Origin: Candidatus Bathyarchaeota archaeon
GTDB lineage: Archaea > Thermoproteota > Bathyarchaeia > Bathyarchaeales > Bathycorpusculaceae
Direction: 5' to 3'
Assembly: GCA_963826715.1 (NCBI GenBank)
Contig: CAWGYA010000008.1
Location: forward strand, 160,001-224,000
DNA length: 64,000 nucleotides
Shown here: one piece after another, positions 19,872 through 29,351 of the stretch
Numbering within the stretch: position 1 is the first letter of the stretch
Layout of the letters: each line of letters opens with the position of its first letter
The notes under the pieces: model-generated
Seen by the model: the letters and a program-made list of their open reading frames with translations, nothing else
Told to the model about the DNA's origin: nothing
Database searches by the model: none
Translations under genes and position numbers: made by a program

Positions 19872-20124
19872 ACATGTACAATATTTAGGCGCTGATTTAA
19901 CCCGTCTTGACTGTTTAGGGCTTGCTTTGAGTCTGTTACACTAAAACATCGTTGAAGCTGTCTCGTACAAGAATTAGGGAATCATGGGTTAAGTCTTTTG
20001 AGAATTGATGCTTTAAAACGCGCGAGCGTTTAAGGTCGAATAAGGTGCGAAAACTTTGCCTTACCGTCGCAAGTACCAATGGTGAAATTTCAGATTTCAA
20101 AAATCCAGAATTGCTGGAATAACT

Positions 20125-20453
20125 TTGGAATTGCGAAATTTCATTTTTACGGAATTCAACGCTACATTATCAAGGGAGTCATATGAAAAAACGTTTATAC
20201 AATTTAACAAAAAGGTTCCTCTTCATACAAGCCAAATTATTCCCTAATATTGTAATTCCGCAATTCCAAAAAACAGTTATGCTGTCACAGCTTCGACACC
20301 ATGATTCCGAAATTGCGGAATTTCACATTTACGGAATTCTTGTCAACTATTGAAAGGGAGGATGTTATTTGTAAAAATGTTTGAACGATATTTCTTCCTA
20401 TATTACAAAACCCTTTGATGAAATGCATAAACCTGTAATTCCGCAATTCCAAA
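20125..20453. repeat. two ~183-bp modules bounded by inverted GGAATTGCGGAATT motifs (candidate origin/iterons)
   Basis: Identical TGTAATTCCGCAATTCCAAA at 20251 and 20434; imperfect inverted copies near 20125 and 20309; TTTACGGAATTC at 20146 and 20328. Confidence 0.85.
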
Positions 20454-20480
20454 TAAAAAATAAAAAGAAAAAATAAGGAG

Positions 20481-21608
20481 CTATTGTGCCAAAGTTATCA
20501 GCCATTCTGTACCTGAACCGCGTTCTTTATTGATGTAATGATATGCTTCAAGTTTCTTGACTAGTCGAGATGCAGTAGCTTCATCGATGTTGAGATATTC
20601 CGCGATTTCTTTTTGATTCGATTGCTTTTCTCTCAACAGATGCAAAGTTTTAACAGCCATTTCTTTATGCTCTTTATTGTTCTGGAATAAATCTGTCAAT
20701 TCTAAATCCATGTCAGCGACTAATTGCTTTGTGGTTATTTCCTTCTTGATTATCTCTGATGTTATCGGGAAAATGTTATCGCTTAAAGCTGTGGCTTCAA
20801 TGCTTCTTTTTATGTACTTCAAGTAACGTCTGAATATGCCTCTGCTTAACTGTGCAGTTAACAGCAAAGCGTCTTCAGTAAATGGTTCTGTGTTGCCCCA
20901 TTTGCTTTTGTATGCTTCAACCATTTCATAGGGCTTCATCGGTGAAAGTTCAACAGCAATCATTTTTCCGAGAAAGAAATGCCCTGCATACATCTCTTTT
21001 TGTATGCCTAAAACAAAAGTCGGCAAAGTTGCTTTCTTGAACACATCGTATTCGGTTATTATGGTGCCTTCTGTCCTTGTAGCACTTTCCGATGTTCTCG
21101 AATCAGCTATCTGTTTCCATATACTTTCTATGCTTCGCAAGTCCTTGCTCATGGCATCTTTGTTTTTCTTGTTGTAGTCTGGAAGGTCAATGAATATCAT
21201 ATTGAAGCTTGAAAGGAAGGCTATGTTTGAAGCATATGGCAATCTCTCGATTATGGTCTTGCCTTCATTCATGAATTGGGCTTCTTTTTCCCTTAACCTT
21301 GTTTCCCAGTCAGGAAGCCAACGGAAAAACAGCGTCTTGATTCCTTTCGCTTTAAAATGGTTAGCCAGCATTTCTAACGTTCGACTTTTGCCTATGCCTT
21401 GAAGACCTATTACACCTATGAAGCCTTCATTAGAGTGCGATAGCATGAATATCAAGCGTTTAGCGTCGTCAGTCATGTAGAAGTTCTCGCTTGCATCCTT
21501 GATGGCTTCCCCTTGCAGATGGGTCGCCCAGTCGTAAACAATGCCTGCCTTCTGCATTGCTGGGTTTGTTCGTGCTTCACGTAATATTTTCAAACATCGT
21601 CCCATCAT
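20481..21608 (-). CDS. AAA+ ATPase with C-terminal wHTH (candidate replication initiator)
   Basis: Walker A GLQGIGKS, Walker B IFIDLPD, SRGIFR, HTH NQKEIAEYLNIDEATASRLVKKL. Confidence 0.75.
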   Translation of the reverse strand: MMGRCLKILREARTNPAMQKAGIVYDWATHLQGEAIKDASENFYMTDDAKRLIFMLSHSNEGFIGVIGLQGIGKSRTLEMLANHFKAKGIKTLFFRWLPDWETRLREKEAQFMNEGKTIIERLPYASNIAFLSSFNMIFIDLPDYNKKNKDAMSKDLRSIESIWKQIADSRTSESATRTEGTIITEYDVFKKATLPTFVLGIQKEMYAGHFFLGKMIAVELSPMKPYEMVEAYKSKWGNTEPFTEDALLLTAQLSRGIFRRYLKYIKRSIEATALSDNIFPITSEIIKKEITTKQLVADMDLELTDLFQNNKEHKEMAVKTLHLLREKQSNQKEIAEYLNIDEATASRLVKKLEAYHYINKERGSGTEWLITLAQ

Positions 21609-21916
21609 AATAATTCCTCAATATTTTGTAGCGGAGAAATTACGCAATTCCGTTTTGCTTTTGGGCGTTCATCGTAGATTATGCCTTTCTCGTCAGCAAT
21701 CACCATGATTTCTCGTTTAGAGGGCAACTTCCCTACCATTTCTGTGCAGAGGTCAAAGCAGATTTTATCTATCTCCGATTCACTGCCTTCGAAGATTAGC
21801 TTAACAAAGTTTTCATCTAACAGTTCTTCGGATAACTTTGTGATTGGAAGGTTGAGTTGTTTTGCGAAGTCGTTTTTGGCTATGATTATTAGCGTTTTAT
21901 TTTTTGTGTTTTCCAT
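21605..21916 (-). CDS. hypothetical protein
   Basis: GAGGT RBS; stop overlaps the ATPase start. Confidence 0.7.
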   Translation of the reverse strand: MENTKNKTLIIIAKNDFAKQLNLPITKLSEELLDENFVKLIFEGSESEIDKICFDLCTEMVGKLPSKREIMVIADEKGIIYDERPKAKRNCVISPLQNIEELL

Positions 21917-22069
21917 ATTGTATTACCTCATGTTGTTTTGCTTTAGCTTTGTCAAACACTCTTCCCGAAGCAAACGATTGAAGCCAGAACGAAACTGAGG
22001 AGTCGATGAGGAAAAATGACCTCAACCGTTTCCCTTTTCGGGAGTGTTTAGACTTTACTAAAGCTGAAG

Positions 22070-22987
22070 CTAATGCACCTCCTTTCCGTAGCCTGAGCGT
22101 CTTATGGCTTGTTCCACGTAACGTCTCGAAGAGATTTCGTCGGTTGTTAGGGGTGATGGAAATGGAACGTTTGCCGTTTCATTGGTTAGAAATTGAAGCT
22201 GGGAAAGGAGACATTCGTACTGTCGTTGGAGGTCGTGAAATTCTTCCAGATTATCCGAGAATGTTTTTGCCAATTGAATGCTGGGCGCTCCATTTTGAAG
22301 GGTCTTCCATGCTTCACGGTTAGCTTGGACAACGATTGGTCGAATAGTTGTAGCTTTTTTGGTTATCTCTTTCAGCTTGGTTTTTATTTCTTTGATTCGT
22401 GGGCTGTTTTGTCTTTTAGAAATTTCGGCTTCATAGATTGCAATTCGGCGTTTGCGAATAACTATTGCCTTTTCAAGAACAGCGATTTCAGCTTTAGCCA
22501 ACTTTTCTCGGTAAGGATAATCCGATGATGAGATGAGTTCAATGCCGTTGCCATTTTGAATTTCAATTGTTTCGTGTTTTTCAGCTTTCTTCTTTGTTTC
22601 TTCACTAAGTATTGTTGTTAAGCGAAATTGTATGGCTTCGATGTATCCATCGACTTTTGAACGTTCGTTTTCGCTATCTTTTGTTAATTCCCGAAATTTC
22701 AGCGTGTTGGCATATGTTTTGATTATTTCATCGATGTCTTCGGAATTGTTGTAAGTGTGATTGCCTGCAATTTTGTCTCCCAAATTCAAAAATAACTTAA
22801 CTTCTCGTTTCTCATTATCCCGTGTCGCTTCTCCCTGAAGCCTCTTTAGCTCTGCTTCATATTCTTCCTTGGTTGCGTTCCCTGCCTTGTATGCAAGTTG
22901 AACGGCTGATTCGTTATAACGGGAAATGGTTGCTGAGCCTATTCTGTGATGTATTATTACTAATTCAATGTCTTTTTCGTCTGTCGT
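22070..22987 (-). CDS. coiled-coil hypothetical protein (start uncertain, possibly ACG at 22987)
   Basis: Long charged helical ORF; ORF track extends it to 23083, overlapping the RHH gene. Confidence 0.65.
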   Translation of the reverse strand, partial: TTDEKDIELVIIHHRIGSATISRYNESAVQLAYKAGNATKEEYEAELKRLQGEATRDNEKREVKLFLNLGDKIAGNHTYNNSEDIDEIIKTYANTLKFRELTKDSENERSKVDGYIEAIQFRLTTILSEETKKKAEKHETIEIQNGNGIELISSSDYPYREKLAKAEIAVLEKAIVIRKRRIAIYEAEISKRQNSPRIKEIKTKLKEITKKATTIRPIVVQANREAWKTLQNGAPSIQLAKTFSDNLEEFHDLQRQYECLLSQLQFLTNETANVPFPSPLTTDEISSRRYVEQAIRRSGYGKEVH

Positions 22988-22988
22988 T

Positions 22989-23189
22989 TTACTTCCCCCC
23001 TTTTTGCTCGAATAAATCAAGGCATTTGTTGAGAAATTCATCATACGTGAGTGCCCGAGAACACAACAATTTAAGCCGTTCAAGGGTTCCCCGTTTGATG
23101 TTTATGCTTGTCAATTCTTCATACAATTTTAATTCCTCATTGTTTTCATTTTTTACATGATATACAATTGAACAACGTTTATATGACAA
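22989..23189 (-). CDS. small ribbon-helix-helix (CopG-like) regulator
   Basis: TSINIKRGTLERLK...TYDEFLNKCLD pattern. Confidence 0.6.
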   Translation of the reverse strand: MSYKRCSIVYHVKNENNEELKLYEELTSINIKRGTLERLKLLCSRALTYDEFLNKCLDLFEQKGGK

Positions 23190-23224
23190 ATATCGTACAT
23201 TTTATTTCATAAAATGAACAAAAA

Positions 23225-23746
23225 TTGTACATGGTGAAACATTTGTTATCAAAAGGCATGAAGAAATATGTATTAAGCGAGGACAAATCGGGTTACGATA
23301 AAGGCACTCAAAATACGTACAACTATCGCTTAAGAATAGACGTTAGGGAAGCAATTGAAGACCTTACCATGATACTTCAAAAACTGCCTGAGTCAGAATT
23401 GGAAGGTTTGTTTAATGACCGCACAATGGCACCCTTTTTTGAGGCATTGTTTAAAGTGCAAATAAATGCCAAAGACCATGAAGAATGGATACAGAAGAAG
23501 CATTCAAAGGAAATAAGAGTAAAACGGCAACGTTTGTTTAGATTGTCAAAAAGGGTGCTCGACATCGTAAGCAAAGGCTCTTTCGTTTCAACAATTTTAC
23601 CTGAAAGCTCAAAACATCATCTCGGTGATAAGATTGGGGTTCACGAAAAGAACCTGATAGAGATGTTTAAGATAGACAGAAATGCGCTTGAATATGATGA
23701 AAACTTTGCGAATAACGACACAAACAAAAAGAAGAATAACGGTTAA
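23225..23746 (+). CDS. hypothetical protein, divergent from the RHH gene
   Basis: 173 aa ORF; stop overlaps the integrase stop. Confidence 0.65.
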   Translation: MYMVKHLLSKGMKKYVLSEDKSGYDKGTQNTYNYRLRIDVREAIEDLTMILQKLPESELEGLFNDRTMAPFFEALFKVQINAKDHEEWIQKKHSKEIRVKRQRLFRLSKRVLDIVSKGSFVSTILPESSKHHLGDKIGVHEKNLIEMFKIDRNALEYDENFANNDTNKKKNNG

Positions 23747-25005
23747 TCGTTACTCACAACGATTTTCCCGCTTGGAAGCGTAGTTACAACCTGATAGCCG
23801 TCAGCTAACAGTTCAGGTAATTCGCTTTCGTTCACAATGCGCTGACAATGTTTGCCGTCAGTACAACCTTTAGCTTTTGGTTTAACCGTTTTAATTTTTT
23901 CCTCTGTTGCTTCTTCCAAAACATCAACTTCATCCTTAATGTTAAGTTCGCGTCCAAGAACAATGGATTTCTGTCGAAAGATTGTTTTCATTTCGCCATC
24001 GCTTAAACCTTGCAGTTTCGCAAGCATCAACAACGCTTGTTTCTTAGCCATCAATTCCATATCACCTTGCTCAAAAGATTTAACGAAAGTTGTTTCGCCC
24101 ATAGCACGTTGATAATCTTCCCTCAATTGGTCGGGGCTAACGTATGCGCTTTCAGGAACAGTTTTACCGACAATTTGTTTCCATTTGCTTTCAGACATAT
24201 AGTTGCTTAAATGGTCAATCAAAAACTTACGCAAACAGTGAAAGCGTATGTTCTTGTTACCGTATTTTATCCCTGCCTTATCAGCTACACGCAGAAGAAT
24301 TCGAGAAAGCTGAATTTCATCACGATATTTCAGAATACGCTCATTAGCATCTGTGCGTCCATCCCTGCTCATTTGCTCAAGAAACATCTTCACAACAGGT
24401 TTAGCGTCTGTGTCTATGAACGGAAAGGCAGTAACGTTTTCCTTTTGAGTGCATAATTCACCTATGCTGATTGGCGATTCACGGTCAATGTATGCTTCCA
24501 AATCACCGCGTCTTAAACCAATGAAGTCGCCAGCTCGCAAGCCGAAAGATTTGCCAACCGTAATGATGTATTTTTCAGTTAAGTCAGCGTGGTCACACAT
24601 TTTCTTTAAATCGTCTTTGCTGAAGCGATAGTCCTCTTGAACTCTTTTATATTCAGTTAATTTCGCCTTTTCGGTGTTTCTGAACTCTAAGCCTAATCGG
24701 TGGTATGCAAAGAAGGAGCGAACAGAAGTTATAGCGACAACGCCTGAACCTGAGCTTTGTTTTTTGTTTTCCATCACCCAAGGTTTGAAAGTTAAAGTTT
24801 TTTTCTCCCAAGAGTATTCTTTGTCTGTTTTGCGGTTTACAAGAATTTGGTCGCCTGTCATACCAACGTATTCAAGAAAATATCTCCACATTGTTTGATA
24901 ACTTGACTTTGTTGATTTCTTTAAACTATTCAACCATTCATTGGTTGCTAAATCGTTTGGAAACCACTCGTTTGTTTTTACGTTCATATTTATGTTCCTC
25001 AACAT
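23743..25005 (-). CDS. tyrosine recombinase/integrase
   Basis: GLRAGD (R), TQKE (K), FHCLRK (HxxR), IVGK, ESAY (Y); N-terminal core-binding region. Confidence 0.9.
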   Translation of the reverse strand: MLRNINMNVKTNEWFPNDLATNEWLNSLKKSTKSSYQTMWRYFLEYVGMTGDQILVNRKTDKEYSWEKKTLTFKPWVMENKKQSSGSGVVAITSVRSFFAYHRLGLEFRNTEKAKLTEYKRVQEDYRFSKDDLKKMCDHADLTEKYIITVGKSFGLRAGDFIGLRRGDLEAYIDRESPISIGELCTQKENVTAFPFIDTDAKPVVKMFLEQMSRDGRTDANERILKYRDEIQLSRILLRVADKAGIKYGNKNIRFHCLRKFLIDHLSNYMSESKWKQIVGKTVPESAYVSPDQLREDYQRAMGETTFVKSFEQGDMELMAKKQALLMLAKLQGLSDGEMKTIFRQKSIVLGRELNIKDEVDVLEEATEEKIKTVKPKAKGCTDGKHCQRIVNESELPELLADGYQVVTTLPSGKIVVSND

Positions 25006-25040
25006 GAACGTATGTCAGTGCCATATTTATACGAGTCCGT

Positions 25041-25073
25041 AAACTGATTTTAATAATAGTTTTTTTTAAAATA
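25041..25073. repeat. right attachment/end site
   Basis: AAACTGATTTTAAT-N9-TTTTAAAA, mirroring the left site. Confidence 0.75.
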
Positions 25074-25295
25074 AATAGCTCAAAGCTATTTGCAAATTTA
25101 AAGAATATTCGGTCTTTTGAAAGCTAAATATATTCTACAAAATTTTCGAAAACGAAGACCTGCGATGTTAAAGCACCAATGAAAATGGTAATTTAACAAA
25201 AAAGGGGAGCACCAAACCATCATAGATGTATTTATAAAGAAAGGTTCCGATAAAATGATATTTAAAGGCGGGTTAAAAGCAAGGAGTGAAAATAA

Positions 25296-25865
25296 TTGCC
25301 CAAAGTGAAGGCGACAATAAGCATTGAAAACGTGGTCGCTTCTGCAACAATAAACCAAAAAGTCGACTTAAATTCAGTTGTTAAGGGCTATCCGAGTGTG
25401 GAATACCGACCTGAACAATTCCCAGGTCTAGTTTTTAGGCTAAAACGTCCAAAAACTGCAACCTTGATTTTTAGTTCCGGAAAAATGGTTTGCACCGGGG
25501 CTAAATCAGAGAAAGAAGCAAAACGAGCCGTCACGAAAGTGGTTAAGGAACTAAAAAAAGGCGGTATCATCATCATTAGCAAACCTGAAATGAAAATTCA
25601 GAACATCGTAGCTTCAGGTGGACTTGGTGGAATGATAGACCTAGAAAAAGCTGCATATACCCTTGGGCATGCCATGTATGAACCAGAGCAGTTTCCCGGA
25701 TTAATTTACCGAATGGAAGATCCCAAAGTAGTGATCCTACTTTTTGCCAGCGGTAAACTAGTCTGCACAGGCGCGAAACGGGAACCGGACGTATATACAG
25801 CCGTAGAAAAATTGCATTCACTACTGGAAGAAACCGATCTTATTTTTTACGAGCAATCAGTTTAG
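25296..25865 (+). CDS. tbp: TATA-box binding protein
   Basis: Two repeats of (E/Q)N(V/I)VAS...Y.PEQFPGL...F.SGK.VCTGAK. Confidence 0.98.
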   Translation: MPKVKATISIENVVASATINQKVDLNSVVKGYPSVEYRPEQFPGLVFRLKRPKTATLIFSSGKMVCTGAKSEKEAKRAVTKVVKELKKGGIIIISKPEMKIQNIVASGGLGGMIDLEKAAYTLGHAMYEPEQFPGLIYRMEDPKVVILLFASGKLVCTGAKREPDVYTAVEKLHSLLEETDLIFYEQSV

Positions 25866-26488
25866 TGTTTAACTTGTTTTAAAATTGTTTTGAAACTTTC
25901 TTGTTCAATTGCGCCAACAATATAGAGTATTTTTGCGACCTCACTGATTTTTAGTAACGCATGAACATTCACACCGTTCTGCTCCAGCAGTTCTTTTCCG
26001 CCTTCTTCGCGGTCCAAAAACACAACAGAATCCGTCACAATTCCTCCTTCAGCCTGGATAGCGTCTACGGCGTTTTTAATCGTCAATCCAGTCGTTAATA
26101 AATCATCAATCACAAGTACTTCGTCGCCAGAAATCAGAATTCCTTCAACACGGCGTTTTCTGCCGTGGAGTTTTATGCCTTTGCGGACGTAGAGGAAGGG
26201 TTTTTTGAGATTATAAGCAATTTGAGATGCAAAAGATATGCCAGCAAGAGGGATACCTGAAATACGATCAAAGCTCTTCAGACCAATTTGATCAGAGATG
26301 GTTTGGGAGTATAAATCGCAAATTTCTTTAAAAGCATCTGGAAAACTGGGAATGACCCGCAAATCAACGTAGTATGGACTGGCTTTACCAGAGGATAATG
26401 TAAAGACCCCGAATTTAATTGCACCAATTTTAAAGAGAAGGCTGGCCATCTGGTTCTTTTTGTCTAACCCAATTTTCCCTATTTCCAT
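25862..26488 (-). CDS. pyrE: orotate phosphoribosyltransferase
   Basis: FTLSSGKASPYYVDLR, YVRK, VLVIDDLLTTG. Confidence 0.95.
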   Translation of the reverse strand: MEIGKIGLDKKNQMASLLFKIGAIKFGVFTLSSGKASPYYVDLRVIPSFPDAFKEICDLYSQTISDQIGLKSFDRISGIPLAGISFASQIAYNLKKPFLYVRKGIKLHGRKRRVEGILISGDEVLVIDDLLTTGLTIKNAVDAIQAEGGIVTDSVVFLDREEGGKELLEQNGVNVHALLKISEVAKILYIVGAIEQESFKTILKQVKH

Positions 26489-26492
26489 TTTT

Positions 26493-27182
26493 TCACGTCA
26501 ATTTAGAAACTTGGTATATTCGGTCTTGCTGAGGTATCAAACACGCAGTTCTGCGTAGATCTCGTTTAAGCAGCTCAGCGAATTCATTTTGGCTCTGGAC
26601 GGAACCGGTGTGGTAAGGAACGGCAAGTGGTGGATTTGTTAAGCGCGCGATTTCAAAACCGGTTTCGGGACTGTGACCTGGTGCGATACCAACACTGCAA
26701 AAGACCACGTCGAACTTTTCCCGCTGCGCCAAAAGCGTCAACTCGGGAAAAGGAAGACTGTCAGCTGTGTGGTACATTTTGACGTTGTCCTCGCTGGTTA
26801 TTATATATGTGACTGGCGCTTGGGCATTGTGGTTACATTTTTCTGCTTTGATTGTGACTCCACCAATTTTAGTAACTTGCCCCGGTTTGATTTCCTGAAG
26901 CTTGTCGGTAGGGATATTGAGTTGAAGTTTTTTAGCGGAGGCTTGGTCCGCGATAACTCTACAACCTGTAGAGTTTTGCAATGCAGCAACAAGCGGGGGG
27001 TCAAGGTGATCGTAGTGTTCATGAGTAACTAGGATGGCGTCGAGCACGGGGAAGTCTTTTGGTCTAATATCTACAGGATCAATAGCTAATGTTTTAGTAG
27101 GGGTTTTAATCAGGATGCCCGCATATTGATTGAACCAAACAAAGAAGAGCGTGTTGGCCTCAGGTATTTTTTGTATGGACAA
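26493..27182 (-). CDS. MBL-fold metallo-hydrolase
   Basis: IDP, THEHYDH, YHTADS, VPYH; TTG start after RBS. Confidence 0.85.
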   Translation of the reverse strand: MSIQKIPEANTLFFVWFNQYAGILIKTPTKTLAIDPVDIRPKDFPVLDAILVTHEHYDHLDPPLVAALQNSTGCRVIADQASAKKLQLNIPTDKLQEIKPGQVTKIGGVTIKAEKCNHNAQAPVTYIITSEDNVKMYHTADSLPFPELTLLAQREKFDVVFCSVGIAPGHSPETGFEIARLTNPPLAVPYHTGSVQSQNEFAELLKRDLRRTACLIPQQDRIYQVSKLT

Positions 27183-27265
27183 ACTTGATTCCTCACATCT
27201 ATATACGACTCTGGTTTTAAAGAAGTTACGCATTACTTTAAAGTTGTAAAAGAGGATGAGAAAGT

Positions 27266-27904
27266 ATGTCAGAGAAATCTATCTCTGAACGCGGCAAAGA
27301 AACACTGAAGTGGATACAGAAAGAGCAGAAGCTTAACGGTTTAGGAATGGTTGAATCCAATAAAATCCCGGATCAAGATGCGCTTCGTTTTCTTCTTCGA
27401 AAGAGCGATGTATTTGAGCCACAACAGGGCATGATAAAGTCTCTTGTGGAACCGGAAAGTGAAGAGTCAGTTGAGTTCCCTGATCATAAACCGTGGATTT
27501 GGAGAAAGCCCAAACCTAAGAAAAAGGGCGATGTACCAGAGCCATATGAGTTTCTGGCTTACCCTGATTGGAATATACTCCCAGCAACGGTTGCTGCAGC
27601 TTTAAGGGATATGGGTTTTGGCAGCACCCCTTATTTGTTTGGCAGTTATAGTTACCGAAAGATAGGTGGAGGAGCTCTTCGCCGCAAGATGAAAGGAAAT
27701 TATTCCAAAGAGGTTTTGCTGGAAGAACTTAAGCTGACAAAAACAGAAGCCGAATTGGCAGAGATTAAACAAAAAATCAACGACGTAATTGCAGAAAAGA
27801 CGAACAAAGCAAAGCAGATCTCTGAAGTGCAGGTATGCTCTGGAATAATATATTACCCAAAGGACAGAAGTTTTAGTTTACAAGAAAACAAGAAGCAAGC
27901 GTGA
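27266..27904 (+). CDS. hypothetical protein
   Basis: 212 aa ORF with GAGGA RBS. Confidence 0.75.
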   Translation: MSEKSISERGKETLKWIQKEQKLNGLGMVESNKIPDQDALRFLLRKSDVFEPQQGMIKSLVEPESEESVEFPDHKPWIWRKPKPKKKGDVPEPYEFLAYPDWNILPATVAAALRDMGFGSTPYLFGSYSYRKIGGGALRRKMKGNYSKEVLLEELKLTKTEAELAEIKQKINDVIAEKTNKAKQISEVQVCSGIIYYPKDRSFSLQENKKQA

Positions 27905-27986
27905 GCGGATAATTTCCGCAGCCTTGTTTTGATAAGGCTTAATAGTTTCTAACACCGAGTACATCTAAACTGCAACGTGAATCTTT

Positions 27987-29270
27987 ATGGTTGATGTTTG
28001 GCTTCCCTACGGAAAAACTGATGTCTGCGTCCGAGTTCCAGCTCGCAACCTACTTGGAACCATCGAGCCTAAAGAGATACCAGCTGCTCCTGACCAGAAA
28101 GTTGAAGTGGAACGAGCGCTGAGTGAACCCATCGGAAGCAAAAGACTTTTGGAAATAGCTAAACCAGAGTCCAAAGTTGCCATAGTCGTAGATGATGCTA
28201 CCCGCAAAGCTCCAAGTGAAAGAATGCTTCTACCAGTACTCGCGGAGCTTTATTTGGCAGGGGTTAGAGACGAAAACATCTCCGTCATTTTCGGCTGCGG
28301 TACCCACCGCGCTGTGACACCTGAAGAAGCTCAAGCACTCATAGGGGAACAAGCCCTGAAACGTGTCAAAACCCTTAGCCATTGTTGCACAGAAACCGAC
28401 GGCGTCTACTTAGGCACCACTAAAACCTACGGCACTAAGGTCTACGTGAACCGAGTTTTTGCTGATGCCGATGTGAAGGTGTTACTCGGCGACGTAAACT
28501 ACCATTACTATGCGGGGTATGGCGGGGGTAGAAAAAGTCTATTGCCTGCTGTATGTAGCGAAGAAACTATCAAGCAAAACCATGCTCTGCTTCTCACCGC
28601 AAGCGCTAAAACAGGCAACTTAGACGGCAATCCTGTAAATATTGACATGATGGAAGCGGCCAGGCTTGCTAAGGTAGATTTTATCGTTAACGTAGTGGAG
28701 AACAAGAATGGTGAAATCGTAAAGGCGTACGCTGGCGATTTGGAAGCAGCGTTTCTGGAAGCTGTCAAATTGGTAGATGAGATGTACCGAGTCAATGTGG
28801 ACCGCCGGGCAGACATAGTCGTTGTCAGCGCAGGAGGCCACCCATCAGACATTAACCTCTATCAAGCTTACAAGGGGCTCGATAACGCCCTAGACGCAGT
28901 GAAACGGGGCGGAGTCATAATCTTAGTCGCGGAATGCCCTGAAGGGCATGGCAACCAAGTCTTCTACGATTGGATGACAAGATTGGGTGACCTTAAATCC
29001 GTGGAGCGCGAAGTCAAACGCAATTTCGTAATGGGCGGACACAAAGCATACTACCTCCTAAAAGCCCTTCAAAGTCACCCAATAATCTTGGTTTCTTCGC
29101 TGCCCGACTATTATGCCACCAGCATTTTTAAACTCAAAACAGCACGCGCCGTCAACGATGCCCTAAACGAGGCGTTTAAGATTGCAGGCTCTGCTTCACG
29201 AGTCTGGGCGATGCCCCAAGGCAATTACACTCTTCCTGTCTTCACGGCACCAGACGAAAACAAAGCATAA
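27987..29270 (+). CDS. larA: nickel-dependent lactate racemase family protein
   Basis: VDDATR, GTHR, HYYAGYGGGRKS, DINLYQA, ECPEGHG. Confidence 0.9.
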   Translation: MVDVWLPYGKTDVCVRVPARNLLGTIEPKEIPAAPDQKVEVERALSEPIGSKRLLEIAKPESKVAIVVDDATRKAPSERMLLPVLAELYLAGVRDENISVIFGCGTHRAVTPEEAQALIGEQALKRVKTLSHCCTETDGVYLGTTKTYGTKVYVNRVFADADVKVLLGDVNYHYYAGYGGGRKSLLPAVCSEETIKQNHALLLTASAKTGNLDGNPVNIDMMEAARLAKVDFIVNVVENKNGEIVKAYAGDLEAAFLEAVKLVDEMYRVNVDRRADIVVVSAGGHPSDINLYQAYKGLDNALDAVKRGGVIILVAECPEGHGNQVFYDWMTRLGDLKSVEREVKRNFVMGGHKAYYLLKALQSHPIILVSSLPDYYATSIFKLKTARAVNDALNEAFKIAGSASRVWAMPQGNYTLPVFTAPDENKA

Positions 29271-29351
29271 GTACCATCAAACCCACGATAAAGATTTGAG
29301 GCGTAACATTTAAGTTTGGACAGATAAATCCTGTTTAGGCAAGGCGAAACG

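Larger units (their letters stand above)
14383..25073. mobile_element. integrated tyrosine-recombinase element (~10.7 kb) between cren7 and tbp
   Basis: Perfect inverted 14-mers ATTAAAATCAGTTT (14403-14416) and AAACTGATTTTAAT (25041-25054); outer direct repeat TTTTTTTAAAATA (14383-14395, 25061-25073); integrase at the right end; non-housekeeping cargo. Confidence 0.85.

Noticed and set aside
20125-20453. Repeats as a mini CRISPR array
   Set aside because: Repeats alternate in orientation, spacing is irregular and too long, and no cas genes are present
25073-25091. Inverted repeat AAATAGCT-CAA-AGCTATTT
   Set aside because: Lies just outside the inferred right end; a short AT-rich hairpin with no assignable role
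14340-25100. tRNA-targeted provirus
   Set aside because: No tRNA at either end and no recognisable capsid, packaging ATPase or tail genes
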